Positions 1 through 13,200 of a DNA stretch of 64,000 bases are shown in pieces. The DNA lies in contig CATNEN010000039.1 of NCBI GenBank assembly GCA_950097015.1, forward strand, positions 12,896,001 to 12,960,000, read 5' to 3'. Each line of letters opens with the position of its first letter. The first letter of the stretch is position 1. The position numbers and the translations under genes are program-made. The DNA comes from Macrostomum hystrix. Its lineage: Eukaryota; Animalia; Platyhelminthes. The notes under the pieces are model-generated. The model was not told the origin of the DNA and ran no database searches. It saw only the letters and a list, made by a program, of their open reading frames with translations.

Positions 1-799
1 CACCAAGGCGTGGCCCAGGTAGTGCCGATCGCTGATCCACGGATCGGAGCGCAGCAGACTGGCGCCGAGGCGTAACAGGGGCGCGGCTGCAGAGTCGGGT
101 GACGACAGGCGGAGATCAAGATCGGCGCCGACGCAGGCGCCGCCCCAGCGACAGGAGCCGCCGATCATCACCGAGTCGTTGCCAAGCCGGCTATGGCTCA
201 GTCGCCTATTGAAGGCCTCCGCTAGGAGCAGTCGCGGCAGCAGCAGCAGCGGCTGGTTGGAATCCGCTGCCACAGCGGGGGACAGGCTGATGAGCGAGTG
301 CCACGACCGCATCTGGCCAAGGAGGCTGGCCTGGAGGTGTGTGTGGGGATGGGATCTCTGAGGATTTGGTAGGTGGGGATGGGATCTATGGGGATCTGGT
401 AGGTGGGGATGGGATCTCTGAGGATCCGGTAGCTGGGGAAGGGATCTTTAAGGATTTGGTAGGTAGGGATGGGTTATTTTATGTGACAATAGGATGATTT
501 TAGTTATCTGAAAACATACAACAGGATGTACAGGATGACAATACTTTATGAAGCCTTACCTCAGCGGCAAGCTTCTGATCAACAACATCAGTTGCCATGA
601 CTGCAGGGCCTCCTACTGTGACGAGGTCATCAGAGCCACCCCTGCTGCTCTCTGGCACTCGCTGTTTTCTCCAGGACTGCGGAAATGCTGCAAACACTGG
701 ATAGTCAGGACAGGATGAGTTGCGAAATCTACGCGCGGGAGAGGCTGCATCAACTGAGTAGGGCCTGTGATGACAGGATATTGTGACAGACATTTTCAT
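1..799 (-). CDS. 5' part of an unidentified spliced gene running off the left edge
   Basis: ORF 799..560 (MKMSVTIS...DQKLAAE) ends at GAG|gtaagg. A phase-0 acceptor (cctccag| at ~331) resumes an open, GC-rich frame (ASLLGQMRSW...DRHYLGHALV) to base 1. No recognisable domain. Confidence 0.45.
346..474. repeat. ~30-bp minisatellite, ~4 copies (GGGATGGGATCTCTGAGGATTTGGTAGGTG-like)
   Basis: Direct repeats visible inside the predicted intron. Confidence 0.8.
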
Positions 800-934
800 T
801 CATAGCTACATGTATTTTCGACACTAACATTTTAACTTTTGATCTGGCCAGTTGAAAATTATTTACAGATCATTGTCAATAGTCAATGGACCGCTAGTTA
901 ATAAATTAACTTGATAAGATTTTACTTATCAAGT

Positions 935-1072
935 ACTTGAGCCTGAGGGGATAACAACTGATGGGATAACTTTACTTGAGCCTGAGGGGATAACAACTGA
1001 TGGGATAATGGTATTTTAGCCTGAGGGGACAAACACTGATTGGGTTACAGTTTTTAAACCTCAGGGGATAAA
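935..1072. repeat. Degenerate tandem repeat (GAGCCTGAGGGGATAACAACTGATGGGATAA-like), ~4 copies
   Basis: Two near-identical copies and two decayed copies. Confidence 0.7.
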
Positions 1073-4000
1073 CCAGCATGACAGATTTTTGTGCACACAG
1101 CAACTAAAGAACTGCAATAACATAAATAAAAGAAGGATACTGGGCTATTATAAAATAACAGACCACAGTGTGACAGACTGTCTGTCAAGAAAGAAGGCTG
1201 CATCAGACTGGCTGCGCATCTGCAATACTAGTAGGTTGTGTCGCGGATAGTAAATGCATCGTTCAATCATGGATCGTCGGCTATCACTGAGGAGGCCATC
1301 AAGGCATGGTGGAGTTGTGGTGGCTGGAGCTGTCTGATGAATTGAGCCAGAGGCTGGGAAGGCAAGGCAACGCTGGGCTAGCTGGCACATACCAGAAAAT
1401 GCATCAATCTCTGAGGAGGCTGCAGCTGAAGCAGCGCTGCCAAGAACTGCCACTATGTTTTTTGCTTGTTTTTTCTGTAAGCAGAAATACAATGGCCAAG
1501 TGAGGTCATGGACAACTGGACATGGCAAAGTGATGACTTAGTCAAATAGATGGCTATTGATGCTAGCTATATAGCAAATTAAAAACTAACTTCAGAAATC
1601 AACTTAGGGCCTATCAAACATGACTATATTTAGGGCATCTTTTCTTGAAATGAACATAAAAAAGTATTTTATAGCCAGTTATTTAAGTAAAGTTTTTACT
1701 CGGCAATGTTCTTTGAAGACATTAGGCCTAGTGCCTAGCTTAAGCAAAAATTCTGACTTTGTTCCAAAAACTAAAGTCTCGATAGATTTATATTTTAGTT
1801 TGCTATATACTATCTAGGTATGCCTAGCCTATTTCAACATAAATATTCATAAATAGACTCTACCAAATTTTGTTAACATTGTTTACCTGCCAAACAATCG
1901 ATATATCCTTTCATTTTTTAATCGAAATATTGAAAATACATATTGGCTATCAAAAGACAAAAGTTAGCAATTAGGACTTCTTAGGTTTACACTTCATAAC
2001 TATAAGTAAATTGTAAATTTATAGACTAGATCTTTCAAAGAAAGAGTTCAAAATATTTCTAAACTCTATAGCTAATTATGATTTTGGGTAACTGGCCTGT
2101 TTTTAATTACAAGATATCCAGCTTTATTCGATTTCTCAGAATACAGATAAAAAATCCTCAGAACTTGAATCCCAATCAAACAGTGAAAAGCTTCCATTAG
2201 TTTTTTTTTGATGGGTCCTTAGTTAGTTGTTATGAAATGACGAGTTGTTATTTTCTCTTAGAAAATAACATTTTGTTTTATAGAATTGGTTTCACAGAAT
2301 AAAGACAATGCATTTTGTTATATTTCTGGCGAAATTTTCGCGCATTTAATTTAATTTATTGCAGTTATTGAAGTTAGTCAATAAAATTTCTGTCTATTTC
2401 TTAGACGGAGATTTAATTTTGCTGCTCCGGTGTGTTATATCTTATAATTTTGTAAAAGTGCAACTAGTATCAATGTTGCGAACATATTTAAGATGGTAAA
2501 GCCAGTAGGGTCAGTAGAGAGACCATATAAAAACGTATATTTCTCATGACTGACATTTAAAGTCTGTCTTATGTAAGATTATAAGATCTGCAACTAATCA
2601 ACTGAAACCGACAGTGTTATAGTATTTATTTTAGCATATATGCATACAAAAACTAGTTTTTTAAATTGTTAAAAATTATTATCTAGATGTATATATATTT
2701 TCTCAAAATTTCACATTGTAGTTTAAACTGTTATTAGCAGGGAGAATTGTGCATGACTATTCTGAATGGAACAGTATGCTTTCATTATCAATATGAATAA
2801 TATGAATAATAGCTATTGAAAATAGTATTTTGTGTGTTCAATTTAATTATCTAATGTACCTAACGTTCACTCAAGAATAATAGTTATTCAATTATTTTAT
2901 GTATCTGAATAATTCCTTAAATTTTAATTAAAAAGAAATAAATTCGATATTATAACAATTTTATATTAAAACAATTATTTTATTACTTGGCAATACTGTG
3001 ACGTTGTCACTTGCTGAAGCTAATATTAAATCCCAAACTGTGTACTTATTTGGGCCGTTTAACTAACTAATTAACTAATGTCATTTAACTATCAACAACT
3101 TCTGCTGTTTCGTATAATTATTTAAAATTGTTAGAGTACTACTGTAAGTAGACGCCAATGTACATCAAGCCACCCTAGCTTGTTTTCTACGCGTGCTTCA
3201 ATGTTAACTACCCCGGCCAATGAGCATGCGAGCTCTTTCTGACTAGATTTATTGGGCTAGTTTATTTAACTACGGACCCCGGGCCTGCTCGCGCTTCACC
3301 CTTTTCTGTCTCGTAATTTCCTCCTCTGGACCCGGCTCTGAACCTCTTATCCTGGCCACTGTTATTCGTCTTGTCAATTACTTCTTTACTAACAGTTATT
3401 GCACCTGTCACATTGTTACCATTGAGCTCCTTCGCCTGACCAAATCATCCTGCTTGTCATATGTCCCAGTGCGAATAAATGAGATCAATATAAAAGTGCT
3501 ACCGCTACATTGACTTACAAGGATTCTAACTACAATTGGGATTGAGTTTCGACTGACTCTGTTGCCAGTTATTTTGTCACAATACCTATTAAGTTGGCTA
3601 ATACTGATATAAAATATGTTATAACAATGTTTAATATAAACATGCTTTTAAAATGATATTATAGAATGTATTATAGTAAATATTCTATATACTAAAACCA
3701 CATGTATACATATTTAAAGTGATTTTAAAATTCAGTTAATTATCTAAGTGTTTCATATACAATTTCTATAAGTGATATATAACTTTGGATATATAATCAT
3801 TTTGTTGTGAATAAACTGTGTATTACAATCATACTAGTGTAGAAAAAATCAATGAATCAATCAATCAAATGATTTAATTGGCTATCAAATTACTTTTTAT
3901 TGAATATACAGTTTATAAAAAATATCTCTAACAATGTACAAAAAACTGTGTTTGCTTATTCATGTCTTATGTGATGTCTTAAAATGCAAACTTTCTTACT

Positions 4001-4112
4001 TGCAGCAAAAAGGAACTTTATGGAATCTAGAGTTGGATTGTTAGAGTCAGACTCTAGTTTCTCTATTAATCAGCACATTGAGGAACCGAAGCGACCTCCA
4101 GTGACATTGCAC

Positions 4113-6053
4113 ATGGTTGATGACAGCCACAGCCGCATTGGTGTCACCGGAGGTGGTATCGAGAACTCAGAGCTGACACAGTCGGGGCCAAAGATCATTG
4201 TCCGCACCGCTGCCGGGTGGAGCTCCAAGACAACCAGGCCGACTCGACTCGACTCTGCTGGGCGATGGGTGAGAATTGAAGGATGTGCATTGATGGCTGA
4301 TGTACTGAGGGATGTGCATTGATGGCTGATATACTGAAGGATGAGCAGTGACGGCTGATGTACTGAAAAATGAGCAGTGATGGCTTGTACAAAATTATAA
4401 GTACTGCTCATGGGATCAAACTAAACCAAATCTTTGGTCTTTAAACTTTCCATTTTAGATGGTTCGAGATGGCCTCGGAATTGGCTGTCTGTGCCTGGCA
4501 TGGGGTGTGATGCTCTATGCCGAGCTGGTCGTCCTGTGTGTCATCTTGACGCCGGCGCCGTCCGCTGCATTTCGTCTCCTTGGTGGAGTCGCCTTCCACA
4601 GCCTCATTGGCCTGGCGCTGGCCGCACATCTGAGAAGCGCTTTCAGCGATCCCGTGAGGCTCAGGACTCGTCGATTTCTCCTAAAATCTTAAGTAGTCTC
4701 ATATAAACAGCCAATGATTTTTCTTCAGGGCGCGGTGCCTCTTAACAGCGCCACCCAGGAGAATCTGCTTCGCCTCGGCGCACTTCCCGACGGTCGAGAT
4801 CGCATTGTGTACCGATGTTCGCGATGCGACTGCGTTAAGCCTGACCGGACGCATCACTGCAGTGTCTGCGGCCGCTGTGTGCGCCGGATGGATCATCACT
4901 GCCCGTGGATCAACAACTGCGTTGGATTGCGCAATCAGAAATTCTTTGTTTTGTTTACAGTGAGTGCCCGGCAGACTATCCGGGTTGTGAACTCTCGACA
5001 TGGTTCAACAGAAACCAGTTTTTTATTTACTGCCTTGTTGAACCACTTTCTTTCAGGTGTACATATCACTGGTCAGCTGTTTTTCTGTCTACCTGTGCTT
5101 GCACTATTTTGCTATCTGCCTCAGATCCGAATGGGAAGGTAGGATTATTGGTATGAAAATCTGGTTCGCAGTAAATTTAGTACACCCTACGTGCTTATTT
5201 ATAAAGATGTCTTGTTCGCCTTCCAGCGTGCATGAACGGCCCATCACCAGCCGTGACAACAATGTTGCTGCTAATACTGATTGTGCTTAGCCTTATATTT
5301 GGCTTGTTCACGGCCGTGATGGCCGGTTCTCAAATTAGCTCGATACTCTCCAACACTACTGTGAGTATTTTAAATATTCACTTTTAGTGGTATTCCTTCT
5401 TTAAAAAGCAGCTTATTTAGTCGAGAGGGGGTGAGTGGCAGAGTGGTCTGACGTTTTTGCCTCTCACACAATTTTCCCTGAGCTCGATTCCGTGGCGAGG
5501 CCACATTCATTTGGGGCGCAGCCGCGGAGAGAAGGCTTGGGGGCTTGTCGTGCAATTTCCTCCCTTTAAGGTTCAACCTCCAAGGCAGAGTGAAAGTGTG
5601 TGAAAGTGTCTGACGATGAGAAATTCAGGGCAGATGTACACACCTGTGTGAGCGTATGCCTGCGTGTGCTTTTATGCTCAGGAGTCTATGGGCAGAATTG
5701 CCTCATCGCTGGCTGCGGGTCTAGTGCCACTAAATAATGTGTCATTGCCCGCAGCTCTTCTGCAATTATTTGTATACATATGATTACTTTTACTTTCCTG
5801 GAAAATTGAAAATATCTTTCTGGGGACAAAACAGGCCCTACAAAAATGCTTCTTCCCGCTGTTGCTGACCTTCCTGCAGGGCATTGAACGCATCAAAGGT
5901 GAGCAGAGAGAGTCAGCGCAGGCTGGTCTGAGCTGGACGGACCGGTTGGCCACCGTGTTCGGCCAGCCAGTCTCCTGGAGGTGGCTCAGCCCGCTGCACC
6001 GGCCACGGTTGCAGGCCGAAGACGACGAGCTGGTTGGCCAACTGGCCGCTTGA
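4113..6053 (+). CDS. DHHC palmitoyltransferase, ZDHHC3/ZDHHC7-like (6 coding exons)
   Basis: Exons ~4074/4113-4268, 4459-4653, 4729-4960, 5057-5138, ~5208-5360, 5881-6053 with GT-AG junctions. Spliced RW|MVRDGLGI...LYAELVV matches the ZDHHC3/7 N-terminal pattern. Cys-rich domain CSRC..KPDRTHHCSVCGRCVRRMDHHCPWINNCVG..NQKFFVLFT; TT|GIE motif; VFG..WLSP C-terminal motif. Start codon uncertain. Confidence 0.93.
5426..5770 (+). mobile_element. tRNA-derived SINE family A copy (last ZDHHC intron)
   Basis: A-box TGGCAGAGTGG, B-box-like CTCGATTCC; body and TTA-rich end shared with other copies. Confidence 0.8.
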
Positions 6054-6336
6054 TGCGCTGTACGAGCGTATTGCTTCTCATATCTGACGCTCTTTTAAGG
6101 AATGAAATGCCAACAGCATGAGTTTTATCTGCAGCTACTAAGAAACATCTGTTCTGCTCTCACGTAGGACATAACACTATTGAAAGCAGGGCTGTGGGGA
6201 CTGGCTTTGAGGTAGGAGAGTCTGTTTTATTTCATCGTTTGAACAGAAATTTTACTCGCTGCTATCAAAGTTATACTAGGGCTGGTCTTTCCCTAAGTAT
6301 GAATAACCATAGGGTTTTTTGAGCGATCTATATAAT

Positions 6337-6476
6337 TAGACCTACTTCGCACGCAAAATACCGTACACAGGCACACTCCCAAACACGTGTGTACATCTGG
6401 CCTTACTTTTTTATCGTCGGGCAGTGTACACTCTCACTGTGCCCTGGGGGTTGGCCCTCGTGGGTATGCATTGCGC
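6337..6476 (-). mobile_element. SINE family A fragment
   Basis: Reverse complement of the SINE body (GTGTACATCTG...GGCAGTGTACACTCTCACTGTGCC...GTTGGCCCTC). Confidence 0.6.
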
Positions 6477-7243
6477 AGCTAACTTTCTCTCTTGATTGGT
6501 GCGAGGCCAGTAACGCTATTGTCCTATTCAAGTGTCAAAGTGTCCTAGTGTGTTCTAGATAGCTTGACCGAAATGTGTAGAAGCTATTTTATTGTTTTTT
6601 TCTTTAAGATCTTTTTATCTTAATTGGCGCGAACGGAGGAGATAAATAATATGAAAATATGATGCGGGAATATTTATTTTGTATCGATCAATCTAAGCCT
6701 TATTACTTTCTCATCGGAAACATGTTAGTTTAATTGCCAATCATTCCTCATTGCTTTTTTCTACTCACTAAACTGCACCCGTTTATTTTTTTTCAATGCA
6801 TTGTCCTCAGTACAGCTCTGTCTTCTAAAACAATATATATATAGCTGACCTATCTGTTTAGATTCAAGTTAAAACAACATTTCAAGCTATTACATAGCTT
6901 CAACGTTATTGGTAGTCTTTGTAGTGCGTATTGATTTTCTTATGTTGCCAAGGACATCAAATGAAAAACAAAAGTCACAAATGTGCAATTAAAGAAATTG
7001 ATTTAGTTTATTGTATTTAGTTCATAGCCCGTTTGTCTGATACCCAATATGGACAAGCACCAAGTTTTTAAATTAGTCAAACGGAAAAAAGTTACAGTTT
7101 GTTGAATGAATGAGAAAGCGGTAAACAGTTCAATCTGTTATTAAAGTTATTTAAGCATTTTCCCAAGCATGCTGATGCTTACAGCTAAACTACACTGGCA
7201 CACTGATAAATCTGTTACCAGCTTGCCAATAACAAGTGTGGCA

Positions 7244-10200
7244 CTACCTGGCTCCGGCGAACGAAGGGTTCGACAGGCCTCCGGAATCAGCCTTTCCGGT
7301 CTCCAGGCTGACCTCGTTGGTGGCGCTCGACCAATTGGCATTGGCGAAACCAGATTCGCCCTCGCCGCTGACAGCGCCGCCGGAAGACTTGGATCCGACG
7401 CGGCGGCGATAGAAGAATACGGCAAGGACAGCAGCCAGCAGCAGCGCCAAGAAAAGAACCACGGCACCCCCCACCAGGGCGTCATTCTTTAGATCTGAAA
7501 TCGAATTGGTCAAAGTTTGAAGCAAAATGCAAAATCAAGATGCTAATATTTGCAACAGACTGTGCAAAATGACGCATCGCTTAATGACAGTAGACCCGCA
7601 GCCACCCCTGAACAAGTATAGACACACAGCATATGCGATCTTATGTCACTGTATATGCCTCCACTTGTAGTCATAATAGTCATAAATCAAAATAAAAGTC
7701 ACCGTCCGGATATGATAAAAAATCCAGATTACAGTTTCGAGGTTCTCACCTTCAATGGCTCTTAGAATTGGGCCTTGAGTTGTGCCAATGCGAGTTGTGG
7801 TGGGCTGCTCAGTCTGCCGGGTCTGTCCACCCACGGTAGTTCGGGTTGTTCTGATTCCGGTCGTTGTGGCCGTTGTGCGGGTGTCCGTCGATGGAATCTT
7901 TGGCATTTTGCAGACGTAGGAGTTGAGCTTCGAGCAGAAATGATCATTCCATTTCTTGTTGCTGTTGTACATCTCGACGCAGTTTTCGTTGGCTCCGTTT
8001 GATGGCTCGTTCATGCTCCAGTAGACGTAGCCCAGTGGACTGTGGTCGTTCCACTCGAATCCACCGCGATCAGTTCGTAACAAACCAATCCAATAGTCCC
8101 TTCGCAGTGTTGTCTGCTGATTCTTTTCATTGATAAGGCTGGCGACAAAGTTCTGCTCACTCTCGCTCAAGATGCTGACCAGGTTGGCGCGATAGAGCCT
8201 CTGACACTCCACTTGAGCAACCGGTGCTGTGACGCCTACGCTAACGTTGGCAGCCAAGTAGCAGCTGTCAAACTGCGGCACAAAGCCTGGCGGACAAGTA
8301 CCATCAATGTGAGGCTGCGTGGTTGGCATGGGGCCATTGCTCTTGCGGCACAGTGCCGGCAAAGGAGTGGTGCAGTTGGTAGCGAACCAGGCTCCAGTCT
8401 TGTCCATTTGAACACAGGTCGACTGCTCGTTATTACCTGGTTGTCCCTGGCCCCAATTGACGTAGGTCAGGTGCCACAAGTCGCTCCACTCGTAGACGCC
8501 TCTGTTCCTTTGATCAGATAGACCAATCCAGGTTGGAATGTTTGCGATCGATTCGGTCATGTAGTGAGCAAAGTTCTGCTCCCACACGTCATGAATTGAT
8601 GCCAGGTTGCCTCCGATGCGCCTGCAAGCCGACTGAGCTTCGTTCCAGCTCGTGGCAGACGGTAGATATCTGTAACAGGATGAGCCGTATGACTGCCAGT
8701 TGGCCTCACAAATCGTCGAAGTTGGAGGCTTCCAGTCGGTTACAAGTTTTGAATATTTGTACGTCATGCAGATAAATCCCATTTTTCTGTTGCAGTCTGC
8801 GTCGTTCCATTGTCCTGCCCGGAATCTTTCTGTGTACATGTGCACGCACTTTTCCTGTGGGATTTCAGGCGAAACGAAAATAAACCATATGAAATATATA
8901 AAAAAGGAATAAGTTGTGATAACTTACATTCTTGTTGTTTGGTTCATTGTAGGCCCAGTTGCTATATTTGAAGGGTGAGTTATCATGCCAATAATAGAGA
9001 TGCATGTTGTATCGTGCAAACAATCCAATCCATAGGTTGCTGTCATTGTAGGACCTGTACGAGGCAAGTATTGCTGAAAAATAGGCGTATACATTTTTTT
9101 ATTTTTAGTCCAAAAACGAAGAGCATGCTCTAGTACACAGTCAGAACTAAAGCTATTTACCTTGCTCATATTCGCTGGAAATACTTGCCAGGTAGCCCCG
9201 AAATTCTTTATCTTCTGGATTTGGGCGCTCGCACACTTGTCTGGCATCAGACCACGACAGTGCTTGATCCTCATAGATGCGGAAGCACTTGTCACCTACT
9301 CTGAAGTACCATTTCGGACAATATCCGGGCATTGGGGTGACCGGCGCCTCAGTTCTGCTTGTATCATTACTTCTTTTGCAGATGAAACGATGAAGCTCTC
9401 CGCACTGGTCATCATTCCAGAGACCGTTGCTCGAGTAAAAGGAAGCACAATGTTCAGCCCCACCTGCATTGTTGGGCTCGCCAGCGTTCCAGTTGAAATA
9501 GTTGGCTCCAGTACCGTCAGTCCACCACCATCCCCCATTCTGGCCCAGCTCATTCAGTCCAATCCAGTAAGAGGCGAAGCTGATGTGCAGCTTGCTGGTG
9601 AGTCGGAGAAGGAAGTCAGTCTCTTCATTGTCGTGAATGCTGACAAGATCTGACTTCAAGCCGCGGCAGTATTGTAGGGCATTGTGCCACTCAAGAATAT
9701 TTGTGGACAGCATATAGCAATAGCCATTGTAGTATTTCCATCCCTCTCCACAGTCGGGTGCATCTGGCGCCGTGGTTGGCTCAATGGTACTTCCCGTTGG
9801 GTAGATGCCCTTTGGCATTTCACACAGCCAGTTCATAGCGGCGTTGCAGTTGTCAATAACCCAGCTCATGTCAGATGGACTTAACACGCCGCAATTTTGG
9901 TTACCGTTAATGTTTTCGGGTTGCTTGTCACCTCGCCAGCTGAAATACCCGACAGGCGAGCCGTCAGCCCACACAAACCCTTTGTTAGAATCTCTCGTGT
10001 TGAGTCCAATCCAGTAGCCGATTGTGCCACCAACCGTTTTTTCCAGTTCCTTCATGGTCTCATTATTTTGAATGCTGGCTAGGTCTCCATTCAGGCTTTG
10101 ACAAAGCGCTCTGGCTTCTGGCCATGACTTCTTGTCCGTTGCCTGAGTGGCACTGAAGCCTCGATAGCAGTTTCCGTTAGCTTCTATCCAACCTGAAGCA

Positions 10201-13200
10201 CAGTAGGCTGGATTGTAAGTAGTTGGTGGCATCGTTGGCGTAGAGTAGCCCACCTGTCCGACTTGGCAGATATAGTTTCGACTGGACTGTGAAATCCAAA
10301 GGCTCATCTCCCACAAGCCGAGCAAAGGCGATATCAGGCCTTGAACTCCGTAGAGGATCGAGTTTGGTTTCCAGTTAGAGTAGGAAAACGGCCGTCCGTC
10401 CTCCCATCTGAAACTTCGACCGAACTGAACAAGACCGATCCAGAAGTTGGACGTTGCCCGCAGTTCTGTCAGCCTAAGAAAGATGTGATTCTGGACATCC
10501 ACCGTCGGGATGGATGCCAGAAGGCCTCCGTCGTTTCCACAGAGTGCCTTAGCCTGGAACGCAGTAATGAGCGGTCCATCCACCACATACTTCATGCAGT
10601 ATCCACCATAGGCATCGTTGTATCCGTTTGGACAGCCGGGGGGCTTCGTAACCGGAGGCAGCACCAGCACCGGAATCTGTCGTTGCTTGCAAGCAAATCT
10701 TCGCTTCTCTTCGCAATTTTGATCGTTCCATCGACCGTTCTAAAATTATTTTGCGTCTTTCTTATAAGAATCTCACCAGTATCGTGCCTTTGTTATATAT
10801 TAAAATGGTTTGTCCAATACTTACCCAACCAGCCTGGCTGTTGAGGATTTCAACGCAGTCTTCCTTATCTGCATAGTTATTTGGCTCACCCTTAAGCCAA
10901 TAAGTGAACGTAGGTTTGGATGTATCGGTCCATTTGAAGTACATTATGCGCTGCACTGCTATGGAGTCATAAAACCCGATCCAATAGTCGTCTAAAGAGC
11001 AAAAAATTTAATAAAACTGAGCAGTCTGCAGCAGTATGAATTCAAGCAGTCACGATAACAAGACTGCACTCACAGTTATTTGGAGACGCCAGCTCTTGCA
11101 GAAACTGCTGCTCAGCCAGGTTCATGACTGAGGCAAGGTCACCGCCATCTGACTCACACTTGGTCTTGGCATCGTGCCAGGTTCTTACATCAGCAAATGA
11201 AGTGTAAACCTTGTAGCACATGTTGTTGTGAACACTGTAGCCATCACGACAACCCCTCAAATAGCCATTGGGAACTTCAATCGTGGTGGCCGGTGGCGGC
11301 TGAATCGTTATAAGCACATTGCCCAGCTTTTTGCAGATACTGGCATAGCGCTTTTCGCATGCGAAGTCGTTCCATAGTGCCGAGTCGGCGTAGATCACAC
11401 CGCAGTCCTCGCCTGCGCCGGCGTTGTTCGGCTCACCGGCTGCCCAGTTCAAGAAGGTGACCGGCTGCCCGTCGTCCCAAACCCAGTTGCCTTCCTCAGC
11501 TCTGTGGATCAAAATAAAGCTCGATCTTATTGTGATATCAATGTAACACGTGAGAATTAGTATTATTCACATCCAATTATCCTAAACCTAAATTTTATTT
11601 CGGCTTTTATTTTATAAAAAATATAAAAAAATATAAAACTAGTCGATGGAGTGTAATTGGCAACAAGACCCACACAAATTAATATCTTCGTCAACAGCTA
11701 ATTATAAGGTAAAGCAGTGTAATTTAACAATCGGGTAGCTCAAAAGACAACAATTTTCCCGCTTTTCCAAGATTAGAACTCTTGCACTCTGAGTTAGTAT
11801 CCAGTGGGCTTCGGCTTCACTAGATCATATATTTTAGTGGTACTCATATGGTTCATCAGTAACACATACCTGTCGTTAAATCCAAGCCAGAATCCCAGAA
11901 TTCCATTGTCCTCATCCTTCATGGACTTGATGCGAGCAGCAATGTATGCTTTCTCCTATCAGTTTATAATGTATAGTGGTGACAAGTATCTTTAAATCAT
12001 AATGAAATGCTAATTACTACTTCTCTTTCATAAAAAATATATTCTAATAATTAATTTTGTTGTAGTCGGTTGAGCTTTACTTGAAAATCTGTGTTGCGGT
12101 TTAAATTCGTTTAATAGGGCTCAAAGAATCATTTAAAGTTGACGACAGTTGCACTCACCTCCTGGGTGACAATACTGACGAGCTTGCCCCCCTGGAACTC
12201 GCATTGGTGCTTGGCATCGAACCAGATCAGTGGGTCAGTATTGAACAAATAGCAATAGCTTGACGTTGGGTCTCGTCTCCACAATGGGCCGCAGAATGGG
12301 TCGAAATTTGGCGTAGTAGTTCCCGGCAGCGTTGGTCGAGGCGATCCATTTACGCCTGTTTGAATGTTAGTGCAGGCTCGTATGATTTGAAATGTTGCAA
12401 TTGAACAGTGGAAATACCCCACTATTTTTCCCCAGGGGAAAGATCGCTGAGGTATTTCAAATACCATCTGCCTGCTTCAAGATACCTCAAAAACCGAATG
12501 ACCGATTTCGGAGAGTCCACCGTATGAATCATAAGTTTCGGCCCTTTACGTTAAACAAACATTCGAAGCCGTCTGACATCAGCATCGTCGAGAAATTCAG
12601 CGATTCTTGTCGAAGAACCTGGTAACAAGGACAACTAACATTGCTCCGTATTAAACCCTCTATGACGAATCCATATTGGTTTATTGATAACCTTCCACCC
12701 CAGCGGCCTGACTGAAAGACCTCTTGTATTTCCTGCTTTGAGAAATCAGACTCAGTAGAGGTAAAATCAACCGCTTGATCAAATTCTTGAACTCACTAGC
12801 TAGCACCTTGCATATGTACGGAAGCCGATAAGTGCACCGGTTGTCATTCCAAAGACCGAATGTGTACATCTCAACGCAGTTCTCTTCCTTCTCCATGTTG
12901 TTCGGCTCGCCCTGCTGCCAATTAGAATAATCTAGCGGCGAATTGTCAACCACCCAGAGCCAGCTTCGGTCCTCGGTGCTGCGAGTGTGCAGTCCGATCC
13001 AGTAGTCCCTTCTGGGATCGAGCTGCTTCTGGATGAACTCCTGCTCCGACCGGCCGCGAATGTCGATCAGATCGGCGCCCGGATACTTTTGGCAATTGGA
13101 TCTGGCGGTCAGCCAGTCCACGAACTTCTCGGACTCGAGCTTGTAGCAGCGCGAGCCGTACAGTAGCCAGCCAGGCTCGCAGACGAAGCTTGCTGAGAGG

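Noticed and set aside
4459-4461. AG directly before ATG as a spliced-leader trans-splice site
   Set aside because: An upstream cis exon ending ...GRW| at 4268 joins in frame and restores the conserved W-x-x-RDG motif.
4113-7500. Functional link between ZDHHC and the convergent lectin receptor
   Set aside because: The predicted receptor tail has no cysteine to palmitoylate; adjacency only.
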